A stretch of DNA of 64,000 bases from an uncultured Planctomycetaceae bacterium. Its GTDB lineage: Bacteria > Planctomycetota > Planctomycetia > Planctomycetales > Planctomycetaceae. This document shows positions 53,907 through 64,000 of this stretch, piece by piece. The notes beneath the pieces were generated by a model. That model had not been told where the DNA came from and did no database searches. It was given only the letters and a program-made list of their open reading frames with translations. Every line of letters starts with the position of its first letter. The first letter of the stretch is position 1. Where the stretch lies: positions 832,001-896,000 of the forward strand of contig CAWFAK010000005.1 in NCBI GenBank assembly GCA_963813715.1, read 5' to 3'. The position numbers and the translations under genes were made by a program.

Positions 53907-55292
53907 TCAGCGTTCGGGAGGCGCGGTCTCTCCCGTCGCGGCCTGAATTCCTGCGGCGGCGGCCGGCAGGATGCCCATTTGCGTATAGATGGGCCGCACG
54001 ATCTGGCGAATCTTCGGCAGCTGCCGGGCGAACAGGGCGGCTCCCACCAGGCAGACGCCGCCGCCCAGCCGCACCGTGTTTTCGGTGCCGATGCGCGAGG
54101 CCAGGTTGCCGGCGACGAGGCTGCCCAAGGGGGCCATGCCCAGAAAGGCCACGGTGTATAGACTCATCACGCGGCCCCGCTTCTGTTCTTGCACGATCGT
54201 TTGCAGGATCGTGTTGCTCGCGGCCAATTGCACGATGATCGAGAAGCCGGCCACGCAGAGGATGGCCATCGACAGCAGGAGATTGGTCGAATAGGAGAAG
54301 GCAATCAGCGAGAGGGCGAAGGTGGCGGCCGTCCCCGCGATCCAGCGTCCCAGTCCGACGACCGTGCTTCGCGAAGCAAGATAGAGGCTGCCGGTCAGCG
54401 CCCCGACTCCCGAAGCCCCGGCCAAAAATCCGAACGTCCGCGCGTCGCCGTGCAGAATGTCGCCGGCAAAAATCGGCAAGAGCACGACGTAGGGCATGCC
54501 GACCAGGCCGGTGAGGGCCACCAAGAGCAGGATGGCGCGGACGGGGGCAAACCCGAAGGCGTAGACGAAGCCCTCGTGCAAGCCTCTCACCACGGACCCA
54601 TGCGACGTTTTGGGCGGCCGCGGCGCCAGCTTCATCGCCAGGAGTGCGGCGATCACGAACAGAAAGCTCACGCCGTTAACCAAAAAGCAGATCGCTTCGC
54701 CGACAAGGCTGATGATCATGCCGGCGATCGAGGGGCCCAACAGTCGCGCCCCGTTGACCATTGACGAATTGAGGGCGATGGCGTTGGGCAAGTCGCCCGA
54801 CGAGTCGACGATCTCGGTCATGAAGGCCTGCCGCGTCGGCATGTCGAACGCATTGATGCAGCCCAGGCAAAAGCAGAGCACGATCAGCTGGTCGATGGTG
54901 ATCAACTGGGTGACGGTCAAGAAGCCCAGGAGAAATGCCTGGATCATCGACAGCGTTTGCGTGGCGATGATGATTCGCCGGCGGTCCCAGCGATCGCTGT
55001 ACACGCCGGCGAACAGGCCCAAGAGCAAGACGGGGATCTGCCCGGCGAAATTCGTGATGCCCAGCAGAAAGGCCGAGTCGCGGTGCTGCTCCTTGGAGAG
55101 TCGGTAGACGAGCCAGGTCATGGCCGTCGACTGCATCCAGGTGCCCAAGAGCGAGATGGTCTGCCCGCCGAAGAACAAGCGGAAGTTGCGATGGGCCAGC
55201 GATCGGCCGATTTCGCGCCAGCCCTGCCGGGCCGAGGGCCGGCCCGGAGGCCCGCCCGGAGCTGCGGCTTCTTCCGTTTTCGGTTGGCTCAT
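53907..55292 (-). CDS. MFS transporter (H+ antiporter-like)
   Basis: NFRLFFGGQTISLLGTWMQ, GVYSDRWDRR, PTRQAF, RGRVMSLY; about 12 TMs. Confidence 0.92.
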   Translation of the reverse strand: MSQPKTEEAAAPGGPPGRPSARQGWREIGRSLAHRNFRLFFGGQTISLLGTWMQSTAMTWLVYRLSKEQHRDSAFLLGITNFAGQIPVLLLGLFAGVYSDRWDRRRIIIATQTLSMIQAFLLGFLTVTQLITIDQLIVLCFCLGCINAFDMPTRQAFMTEIVDSSGDLPNAIALNSSMVNGARLLGPSIAGMIISLVGEAICFLVNGVSFLFVIAALLAMKLAPRPPKTSHGSVVRGLHEGFVYAFGFAPVRAILLLVALTGLVGMPYVVLLPIFAGDILHGDARTFGFLAGASGVGALTGSLYLASRSTVVGLGRWIAGTAATFALSLIAFSYSTNLLLSMAILCVAGFSIIVQLAASNTILQTIVQEQKRGRVMSLYTVAFLGMAPLGSLVAGNLASRIGTENTVRLGGGVCLVGAALFARQLPKIRQIVRPIYTQMGILPAAAAGIQAATGETAPPER

Positions 55293-55420
55293 GCCCGTTC
55301 GCCCAGCCTTGTAGCCCCAGTCTGCGCAGGCGCAACTTACACGTCGCAACTTAGCTAACGCGCCTGCCCCTCGCTAGGCGGAACGCGCAGGCGGCAGTGC
55401 GCGGGCAATTGCGTTGCGGG

Positions 55421-55461
55421 AAAAACAAAGACGGCGTTCCGAACTGGCCGGAACGCCGTCT
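55421..55461 (-). terminator. Rho-independent terminator
   Basis: Perfect 13-bp stem AGACGGCGTTCCG/CGGAACGCCGTCT followed by a T-rich run on the minus strand. Confidence 0.8.
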
Positions 55462-55519
55462 GAATTTGTCGACTGCTGGTCGGTGACCAGCAACCCGTCG
55501 CGTGCTGCCTGAGCGGTAG

Positions 55520-55960
55520 TTACTTCGCGGCGTCTTTGCTCTTTTCGAAGGCCTTGGCGAAGACTTTGTCGCCGAAGGCCATGTTCAGTTGCTTCTTATC
55601 TTTGGCGGCCTCGAACTTGGCTTTGCACTTGTCGCAGCAGAAGGAGACGCTGAGATCGCCGACTTTCACCGCGGTCGACGCATCCACCGCCTCACCCGAA
55701 AGCGGGCACTTAGTCTGCTTGTACTGTCCGCTCTCGACCAGCTGCATGTTGGCTTTGGTGGCGAACTTCTTCGTGTTCGCTTCGAATGCCTTGGGGCAGT
55801 TGTCGCAGCAGAAGAAGACCTGACCGTCCTTGTACTTGGCGGCGTGATCCTTGCTCGCCGGTTTGCCCGAAACGGGGCACTTCAGCTCATCGGCCGCCTG
55901 GGCCGAGAGACAGAAACAGAGCGACGCAATAACGACGGCGATCGACGAAATCCTCTGCAT
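55520..55960 (-). CDS. Periplasmic tandem YHS/TRASH metal-binding protein
   Basis: Signal peptide; CPVSG..FFCCDNC and CPLSG..SFCCDKC. Confidence 0.85.
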   Translation of the reverse strand: MQRISSIAVVIASLCFCLSAQAADELKCPVSGKPASKDHAAKYKDGQVFFCCDNCPKAFEANTKKFATKANMQLVESGQYKQTKCPLSGEAVDASTAVKVGDLSVSFCCDKCKAKFEAAKDKKQLNMAFGDKVFAKAFEKSKDAAK

Positions 55961-56125
55961 GGCTGATAACCCTTTGCACGCCACGGAAATACATGACTGT
56001 TCTTCTACCGATAAGATCACGTTTATCTGTCAAAAAGTCAACCGCAGCCGCTAATCGGCGTCGGAAGTGCATGCCCGCACACTTTGTTTCATAATGGACT
56101 TTTTAAGTTTCTGCAGAGGTAAGGC

Positions 56126-57351
56126 ATGTCTGACGATCTGGCTCAACGCCTACGCGCAGCGACGGGGGCCTCCGATCGATTTCGCATCTCCGTGATGGGC
56201 GAAGACAGCGTTGCGCCCGTGCAGCACGAATTCAACTATCCCTTCGTAGTGATCGGCCGCGGGGAAGGTTGCGATATCCTCCTGCAAAATCCGCGGGTCA
56301 GCTTCCGCCACGCCTACTTGCAAGTCATCGAGGGGCGCGTGTTCTGCGTCGATCTGGCCAGCCGCAACGGCATTGCTTGGCCCGACGGACCGCGGAAATT
56401 TGGCTGGCTGCGTCCCGACGAACCGATCCAGATCGGTCCTTACATTCTGAGCGTGATGGGAGACGACGCCAGCGATCGCGTCGCAGGAAGAGTCGTTGGT
56501 GGATCTCAATCCGCTCGAGCGCTACCGGGGACAGGCCGGTCCCATGCCGATGGTCGACCTCGAATTCCGCTACGAGACCGCCGGCCAGCCGACGTGGTCG
56601 GTGAACCGGCTGCTGACGCTCATCGGCCGCAGCCCGGTCTGCAAGCTACGTTTCGACACGCCCAAGGTGTCGGGCGTCCACTGCGGCCTGCTGCTGACGC
56701 GGCACGGACTGTGGGCCATCGATCTGCGCGGACGCGGGGGCACGCGGGTCGACGGCGAGCCGATTCGCGCCCAGCCGCTGGAAAGCGGCAACGAGATCAG
56801 CTTCGGCGAATTCCAGATCGCCGTATTTTACGACGAACCGCCCGACCTGGCGGCCCCCGATCGCTTGACCGACAACGCGTCCGGGGCGGAAACTTCACTC
56901 AGCGACATCGAATCTCCCTACTTGCACGACGAGCCGGTTCCCGAAACGGCCGTCGCCCGGCCCGAGGAGACAGGGCGGGAGGACGCCGAATGGCACGGGT
57001 CGATCTTCCAGATCGAGCCGACGGCCAAGGCGCTCGTGGTGATTCCGATCGCGGACCATTGCGGCTTCCGTTATCAGCAATTGCACATTGAGGCAAACAA
57101 ATTGCAGAGGATGTTCGAAACGCGGGCCTTCGAGCACCTGGTGATGGATTTGGAGCAGCCTGAGCTATTTTGGCACCGAGTTGATCGGCGTTATGATTCG
57201 CCTGGCTCGGGCCGTCACCAACTTTGGCGGAAAATCGGCCTTTTGCGCCCCGTCTCCCCGCATGCTGGAAGTGTTGGAGAGCATGAGGCTCACCAAGCTC
57301 TGGCCGATTTTCCCGAGTCGGGACGAGGCGCTGCAACACGTCAAGGGATAA
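56126..57351 (+). CDS. FHA-FHA-STAS signalling protein (two frameshifts)
   Basis: IGR..VSFRH..SRNG; IGR..VSGVH; reconstructed STAS VMDLSSLSYFGTELIG..LWPIFPSRDEAL. Confidence 0.8.
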
Positions 57352-57400
57352 CGCCGTTGAGGGTCGCTCCTTGACCGCTTTTTTCAAAAGGAGTCCAACC

Positions 57401-58672
57401 ATGTTCCGATGGACCGCATTCGAGCGGCCGCGCGATCGCCGGTTTGCTCGCGCTCATCGGTTTGTTTTTGTCCGCTGCCTCGGCCACGGCCAATCAGACG
57501 CCGGGCCCAGCACTTCCGGAGACGAGCCTGGGTCAGCCCGGAACGCCTCCGAAAAATCCTCCGAGCGGATCGAAGACAACCAAGCCGGCCCCGAACGCGT
57601 CGGGCCCCGCCTTGCCGGCTCCGAGCCCCACGCAGGGAACGCCCCAGCCGACTCCGGTTCCCGGTGCTTTGCCGCAGCCGACGCCGGCTCCCTATCCGCA
57701 ATCGACGTCGCCCTCCCCGGCGATTCCGGGTCTCGGCGGTTTGATGACGCCCAATGGCATCGCCCTGCCTGGCGGCGTGGGTTTCATTCGGCCGGGGGCC
57801 GATAGCGTGGGCGTCCAGATCAACACGCCGGACGGTCCCATCGAATTCACCGTTCCCCGCCGTCGTCGCAATGCGCGACAACAACCAGAGGAGCCGCCCC
57901 CTCCCGGATCCAACACCGACGCGCCGCTGTTCGGACAGGCGGGCACCGCGCCGACTCCCGCGGTGCCGCAAGCAAGCGTACTCCGGGCCGCCGATTGACA
58001 ATGATCGCCGACTGCCCGGCGAACGACTCCGCCGGACGCCGGCAACGGCCGGCCGAGCCGCGGCTCGCGCGAGTTCGCGCACGATTCACGACTGTTTCAC
58101 GCGCGAAACTACGCGTTGGTGCTTCGCCGGGTGACTCGCGCGCTCAGTCGCGATCCCGAGCGACCGCGATTTGTTGCAGCTGCGATCGCTGACTCAGCTC
58201 GCGCTGGGCGATTTCAAGGCCGCCTCTGCCGACGCGATGGTCGTGCTGGCGCAGGACGACGTGTGGGACTGGGCCACGTTGCGGTCGCTGTATCATGCGG
58301 CCGACGAGTACACGTCCCTTTATCGCAGCCTGGAAGATCGGGTGATCGCCAGCCCGAACGCGGTCAATCTCAGGGTCTTGTTGGCCTATCACAACTTGAT
58401 GTTGGGCCATCAGCGACGCGGCTCGCCGGCATTTCGAGCGAGTGGCGGCTCTCGATCCGTCCAACGAAGTGGCTCGCCGGATGATCGCCGCCGAGCAGCC
58501 GCCGCAACCGCGGGCGGAAGCGTCGCATATGCCTCCGTCGCCTCAGTCGTCGGCCGCGCAGCCCGCGCTCATCCCGATCCCGGCCCGCAGCCGACCCGGT
58601 TCCAGCAGCGCTCCGACAACGGACGGTCCAGGCGATCGACCTGGGACAGCCGGCCCCCGCACCAGGAGCTGA
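57401..58672 (+). CDS. Secreted Pro-rich TPR-like protein (frameshifted)
   Basis: Signal-like LALIGLFLSAASA, Pro-rich region, helical segment LALGDFKAAS..WDWATLRSLY..LLAYH. Confidence 0.65.
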
Positions 58673-58761
58673 GCCGGCGCCCCCAAAACCGTAAAGGATC
58701 GCGAGCCGGAGAAGTAGTCAACGGAATCGGCGCAGCTCGGGCCAGCCGTCGGAGCGACCGT

Positions 58762-59139
58762 CTAGTGGGGCGTGCGCGGGCGGCGGACGGCGTCGATCGC
58801 CTCGCGACGCGTCGGGTAGTAGGGCATGACCGAATCGATCTTCATGATCTGCAGCATGTCGAGCATGCCGTCGGACGCGTTGCAAAACGCGGCCAGGCCG
58901 CCCCGGTTGTTGGCCTTTTTGCACAAGGCCATGATCGCGCCGATCACCAGCGAGCCATAGTGCGGCGCGTTGCCGACGTCGACGACGACATTGATGAGCC
59001 CCGGTGCGTCCATCATCTTGTGCAGCGCGTCGACCTCGCGGCGCAGATCGGACTCGAGCACCTGCAGAGAGTCGCCGTTGGGAATGACGATCAGCGTGTC
59101 GTCCTGGCGCTCGAACTGAAAGACCTTGGAGGGACGCAT
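58762..59139 (-). CDS. STAS-domain anti-sigma-factor antagonist
   Basis: VVVDV..HYGSLVIG, AFCNAS, YPTRREAI. Confidence 0.85.
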   Translation of the reverse strand: MRPSKVFQFERQDDTLIVIPNGDSLQVLESDLRREVDALHKMMDAPGLINVVVDVGNAPHYGSLVIGAIMALCKKANNRGGLAAFCNASDGMLDMLQIMKIDSVMPYYPTRREAIDAVRRPRTPH

Positions 59140-59342
59140 CGGGCGGGTTTGGCCCTACTACATCGTCTAAAGGGCAATATCGTCTAACGGGCGGATGAGT
59201 CTGGCTCAGCCACCCGGTCGCGGCCGGCGAAGTAATCGCGGGCAGCAACGACGGGCGAAATGGCAACGGTCGATTCCTTCGACCGGATTCATTATCCGCG
59301 ATCCGCGGCCGCATTTCCATCGGCCCTGTTTGCGGCCGGGTT

Positions 59343-61445
59343 TTAGCGGGTGGCGTCGAGCGCCGCTCCGGGCACGCCCGCGGTCTCTTCCGCGGGCAAA
59401 GCGATTCGGGCCTTGGCATTCGTGCTGGCGACGCAGTTGCGTCCGCTCCGCTTGGCCAAAAAGAGCCCTTCGTCGGCCGCCTTGAGCAGCGCCTCGGGAC
59501 TGCGCGTCTGCGGGCTTCGGACGTCGACGCCGATGCTCACGGTGACCGGCCGGCCGAACGGAGACAGGGGACGGGGCAGTTCCTCTTCGATCGCGCGGCG
59601 CAGCCGCTCGGCAAACTGCAGGGCTGAGTCGAAATCGGTCGCGCTGATCACCACGAATTCTTCGCCGCCGAATCGGCAGACCACGTCGGTGCCGCGGACG
59701 TGGCGCTGCAGCACGTTGGCCACCGAACGCAGCACTTCGTCGCCGACGTCGTGTCCGAACGTGTCGTTGACCGCCTTGAAATGGTCGATATCGACCACCA
59801 TGCACGCCAGCGGAGTGCCGCCGCGCCGGGCGGCCGCCCAGTCGTGAGCCAGGCGGTCGATCAGGTAGCGGCGGTTGGGCAGGCCGGTGAGCACGTCCGT
59901 GAGGGCATCCTGCTCGAGCCGGCGGTGGGCGACGGCCAGCTCGGCATGCACGCGATGAATCTCGTCGCGATCGAGGTTCACCTTGTTCTGCAGCGAGACC
60001 ACGCGCAGGCTCGCGCGAATCCGGGCAAACAGCGGCCGGGCCGCGAAGGGCTTGGTCACAAAGTCGTCCACGCCCGCCTCGAACAGCCGCAGCAGCGTCT
60101 CTTCGTCGTCGGGCGGCGTGAGCATGATGATGTAGGCCTGGCGGCCGGCCGCCGTCTGCCGCAGTCGCCGGCACAGTTCCAGGCCGCCGTAGTCGGGCAG
60201 AGCGGCATCGATGATGACCAGCGGCGGCGCAGACTCGAAGAAGATCTGCAAGGCCTCGCGCGCGTCGCCGGCGCATCGCACCTGGTGCCCCGAGAGGACC
60301 AGGAAGCGCTCCAGGAATTCGAGCGACGACGGATCGTGATCGGCCACCAGCACGCGAAGTCCGTCGCCATTCTCGCGGACGTCGCCGACGGTCGGGGTCT
60401 CCGGCTCTGCGGTCGCTTCCAATGAATCTTCCGATTCGAACGGCTCGACCGAGTCGGACTCAGCCGCGGCGTCTGAGCTCGTCGACTCGGACGTGGCTTC
60501 CGGTTGGCCGGCGTTCGGCGCGGGCAGCGAACGGCCCGCTTCGATGAGGTCGGCCAGGTTGGGCGGCTTCTGGGTCGAGATCTCGAGCATCCCGTCCCCA
60601 CTCGGCCCACTGGGCGAAGACCTTGTTCAAACAGGGCCACGAGCGCCTGCGCATCGATGCCCACCGCGTCGCAGCTGGCGACCAGTTCCGCGGCGCTCGC
60701 AGCCGCCTGATGGTCGGTGGCGGCCACGCAAACGTCGGCAATCCGCGAAGCGGCGTGAATGATCCGCGCCAGCTCGCGTCCCGCCGAGCCGCTCTTCCAA
60801 ACCGCTCGCCGCAGGATTCTCGTGGTATTGGGCCGCGTCGCAGATCGCTTTGGGGACGCCCCAGTCGGCCAGCATCACCGCGGTCAGTTCGTTGTGGTCC
60901 GTCACGAACGTCAACTGTTCCAGCCGGGTGAGCGAGTCGGCCGAGCCGTGCTGCCACTGGTCGAGGACGGTCGCGTACTGTTCGGTGTGGATGCTCGCCA
61001 GGGCCAGGCGGCCGATCTGGGCCAAGAGTCCGGCCGTGAATCCGTCGGCCGCGTTCGAGTGCCGCGTGTGCGCCGCTAGAACTTGGGTGGCGACGGCCCG
61101 AGCCAGCGAATGCGACCAGAACCGCTGGTAATCGAAGCCGCGACATTTGCCGCTGCGGTTGCCGGCGAGCACCGTGAAACCCAGGGCGATCGCGCTCACG
61201 GTCCGGGTCCCGAGCCGAGCGACCGCTTCGGCCACGTTGGCGATGGCCCGTCCCGACGCCGCATTGCCCGTGTTGGCCAGCCGCAGCGTGCGGCCGGTCA
61301 GGGCGGGGTCGGCCTGAATGACGCGTCCGATCTCGGCTGCCGAAACGTTTTCGTCCCGCGTCAGCCGCAGAATCTCGAGTCCAATTCCTGTGGGAGAGGG
61401 CAAAAGGCCGGTGGCCTTCAGCTCCTCAAATCGCTTGGCTTGCAT
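59343..61445 (-). CDS. HDOD-receiver-GGDEF diguanylate cyclase (frameshifted ~60600-60780)
   Basis: LPSP..DPALTGRTLRLAN, FWSHS; REC LVIID..KPF; DVLTGLPNRR, DIDHFKAVNDTFGH, RGTD I-site, GGEEF. Confidence 0.9.
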
Positions 61446-61633
61446 CGGTTTGGAGCGCCGCCTGGGACCCGTCGGTTCGCGTCGTAAAAAGATAGTCCCT
61501 AGAATCGATTACGTAGCGGCACGCTCCAACGCGTAGCGGGAACGGACCTGCACGCGGAGCGCTGCGCGCGATTCCATCGGTTGTGCCGCCTGCATCGGTT
61601 TTAAGGCGGCAGCCTGGACCACTGCCGTCCCAC

Positions 61634-63010
61634 ATGCCAAATTTTTCCGATCCTTCGGCGAATTCCGCGATACCCGCCGACCGCCCCGGCTGCGCCGCAA
61701 TCGTTTCGCCCGCTACCCGAAAACGACCCTCTGCGTGACGGTCCTGGTCCTCCTGGGCCTGATCGAGCTGGCCTGCTATCTGATCATTGTCTTCAAGGGG
61801 CATCGGGACCTGCGGTTTCAGTATCCCTATAACCGCATCCTCTCCGGCTACACGGTCTTTCAGAACGTCCCCGGCCATTCGTTCCGCACGAGCGCCATCA
61901 AGGCGGATCCCGCGGAGCCCGATCCGGTGCTCGACGAGCACGGGTTTCTGCACGACGCGCCCGATTACGCGCGAAAAACCGACGGGAACATTTCGCATCT
62001 TTCTCTGGGGGGATCGACCGCCTTCGGGGCCGGCCAGAACATCCGCTACCACTCCGTCCATCCCTACCCGGACGGCCTCTACGCCTATCCCGTCGAGCAT
62101 CGCGGGGCAGCTGCAGACGCTATCTGCAGAGCCACGATCCGGCCCGGCACTACGAGGTGATCAACGCGGCCGGATTCGAGCGGCGGATCCACCAATCGCT
62201 GATTCAGTACCTCCAAACGCTGTCGCAGTTCCATCCCGACTTGATCATCAATCTCGACGGGATGAATGACGTTTACAGCGTGGTGACGGGGACACCGTTC
62301 GAGGATCTCGAACAGCAGATTCCGTTCTACGTCGAGCTGTACCAGGGCCAGCGATCGCTGTTGCGCTACTCGTCGACCTACTACGTGCTCTCGACGGCCT
62401 ATTCCAAGTGGGTCAACCGCCAGCACTCGGCCGAGCCTGCGCCGACGACGGTTGCCCCGCCCTCCGCTGCCTCGGCCGCCGCCACACCGACTGTCGCCGG
62501 CGGCATGACATCGGCCTCACCGGGCGAAAACTCGGGCCGAGTTTTTTACGACAAGTCGAAGCCGCGCTACACCAAAAATGCCGAGCGATTGCTGCAGATT
62601 GTTCGCCAGTATTTTGCGGTGCTCAAAGCCGATCGCACGCCCTCGATGTTCGTGATCCAGCCGCTGCTCAATCGTAACAAAGACGAACAAACATCTTTCC
62701 GACATCGAGCGGAAGCTGGCCGAGGTGATGGTCCCCACCGAGTCGGAGCACGAGCGCGGCCGTCGATCAGTGCGCCCTGTTGCTCGAGTACTTCTTCGAC
62801 GACTTCCTGTCCGCCGCGCTCCGCAAGGCGGCGAAGGAATACGGGGTCGAATACCTCGACCTGAACGCAGAGATCGCCTCGCTGGGACCCGACGTCGAGT
62901 TTTACATCGACTATTGCCACTTGACTCTCGACGGCAACCGCCGCGTGGCGGAGATCCTGGGCAAGGCCATTTTGGCGGCGCAGGCTCGCGGCCAGGGCGG
63001 GCAGCACTAG
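61634..63010 (+). CDS. SGNH/GDSL hydrolase-family membrane-anchored protein (several frameshifts)
   Basis: LGGSTAFG, VINAA, LDGMND, FYIDYCHLT. Confidence 0.78.
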
Positions 63011-63026
63011 ACGACCAGCTGACGCG

Positions 63027-64000
63027 TCAGCCGCTCACGTGGACGACGGTGCGGCCGGCGATTTGTCCGGCGAGAATGCGCTGCACGGGCTCGTCCACGT
63101 CTTTGAGTTCGACTTGCTTCGACACCTCCGCTAACCGCGGCGGCTTCCACTCGCCGGCCATCAGTCGCCACAGCTCGAGTCGACGTTCGCGGCGGCACCA
63201 ACCGGTGTCGATCCCCGAGAGCGTGACGCCCCGCAGGATGAACGGAAACACCGTTGTCGCCAGCTCGGGGCCGGCGACGAGGCCGCAGGCCGTCACGCAG
63301 CCGCCGATGTGCGTCGAGCGCAACAGCGTCGCCAGCACGTTGCCGCCCACGGTGTCGACGGCGCCGGCCCAAGCGGCCTTGAGCAGCGGGTTGCCCCCTT
63401 TGACGTCGACATCGCCGCGGCCGATCACGCGCGCGGCTCCCAGCTCCTTCAACCAATCGTGACGATCCGCCTTGCCGGTGACGGCCACGACCGTGTACCC
63501 CAGCTTGCCGAGCATCGACACGGCCAGACAGCCGACGCCGCCGGTCGCGCCGGTGACAACGATCTCTCCCGATTGCGGCGTGATCTCGTGATGCCGGAGC
63601 GCGTCGACGGAGAGGGCCGCGGTGAACCCGGCCGTCCCCAGCTGCATCGACTCGACGAGCGACAAACCCGGCGGCAGCGGAATGACCCATTCGGCGGGCA
63701 CGCGGGCATACTCCGACCAGCCGCCCCAGCGACCCGCCCCCAAGTCGTAACCGGTGACCAAAACTTTCTGGCCTTTCTGAAAGTCGGGCGAGGTCGACTC
63801 GGCCACTTCGCCGGCCGCATCGATGCCGGGGATGTGCGGAAACTTGCGGGCGACGCCCGGCTTGCCCGTCGCGGCCAGGCCGTCTTTGTAGTTGAGCGAT
63901 GAATAGTGCGACGCGGATCAGCACGTCGCCCTCGGGCAGATCCGAGAGGCTGCGTCGGCTGAGCCCGCTTTTGACCTGGTCCTGGTCCTTTTCCACGACG
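63027..64000 (-). CDS. YhdH/AcuI-like quinone oxidoreductase (5'-partial, frameshift ~63910)
   Basis: SLNYKD, IPGIDAAG, GTAGFTA, VTGATGGVG, AVDTVGG, PFILRGV. Confidence 0.9.

Overview
GC-rich chromosomal segment, most likely from a planctomycete (inferred from the TIGR03000-type domain, two DUF1080 genes, a LEPR-xLL secretion-type motif, planctomycete-style LRR and prenyltransferase-repeat proteins). It holds about 50 genes: a surface-glycan/NDP-aminosugar cluster, floA, cinA, an S53 protease, a Mo-oxidoreductase, a sugar ABC transporter, an arsenic islet, acs, an M32 carboxypeptidase, dedA, exbD and a STAS/FHA/GGDEF signalling group. Many genes are broken by single-base indels, which look like long-read assembly errors rather than biology. 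The most notable structures are: (1) a DUF559 endonuclease gene embedded in REP/REPIN-like palindromes, one copy split by an 85-bp insert with a 9-bp duplication; (2) a 3.4-kb integrase-less arsenic islet flanked by a duplicated 3' end of a DUF1080 gene, which also carries an IS630-like end and a truncated MORN/YwqK-like gene; (3) a ~750-bp non-coding array of several interleaved short repeat motifs; (4) a Gly/Ser-repeat secreted TIGR03000 protein followed by an SdpA/SdpB-like (HTTM) pair and a TPR lipoprotein, a candidate peptide/protein modification system; (5) a dispersed AATGAC-type repeat that overlaps the stop codon of two genes 48 kb apart. All family calls come from motif recognition by eye; no searches were run.
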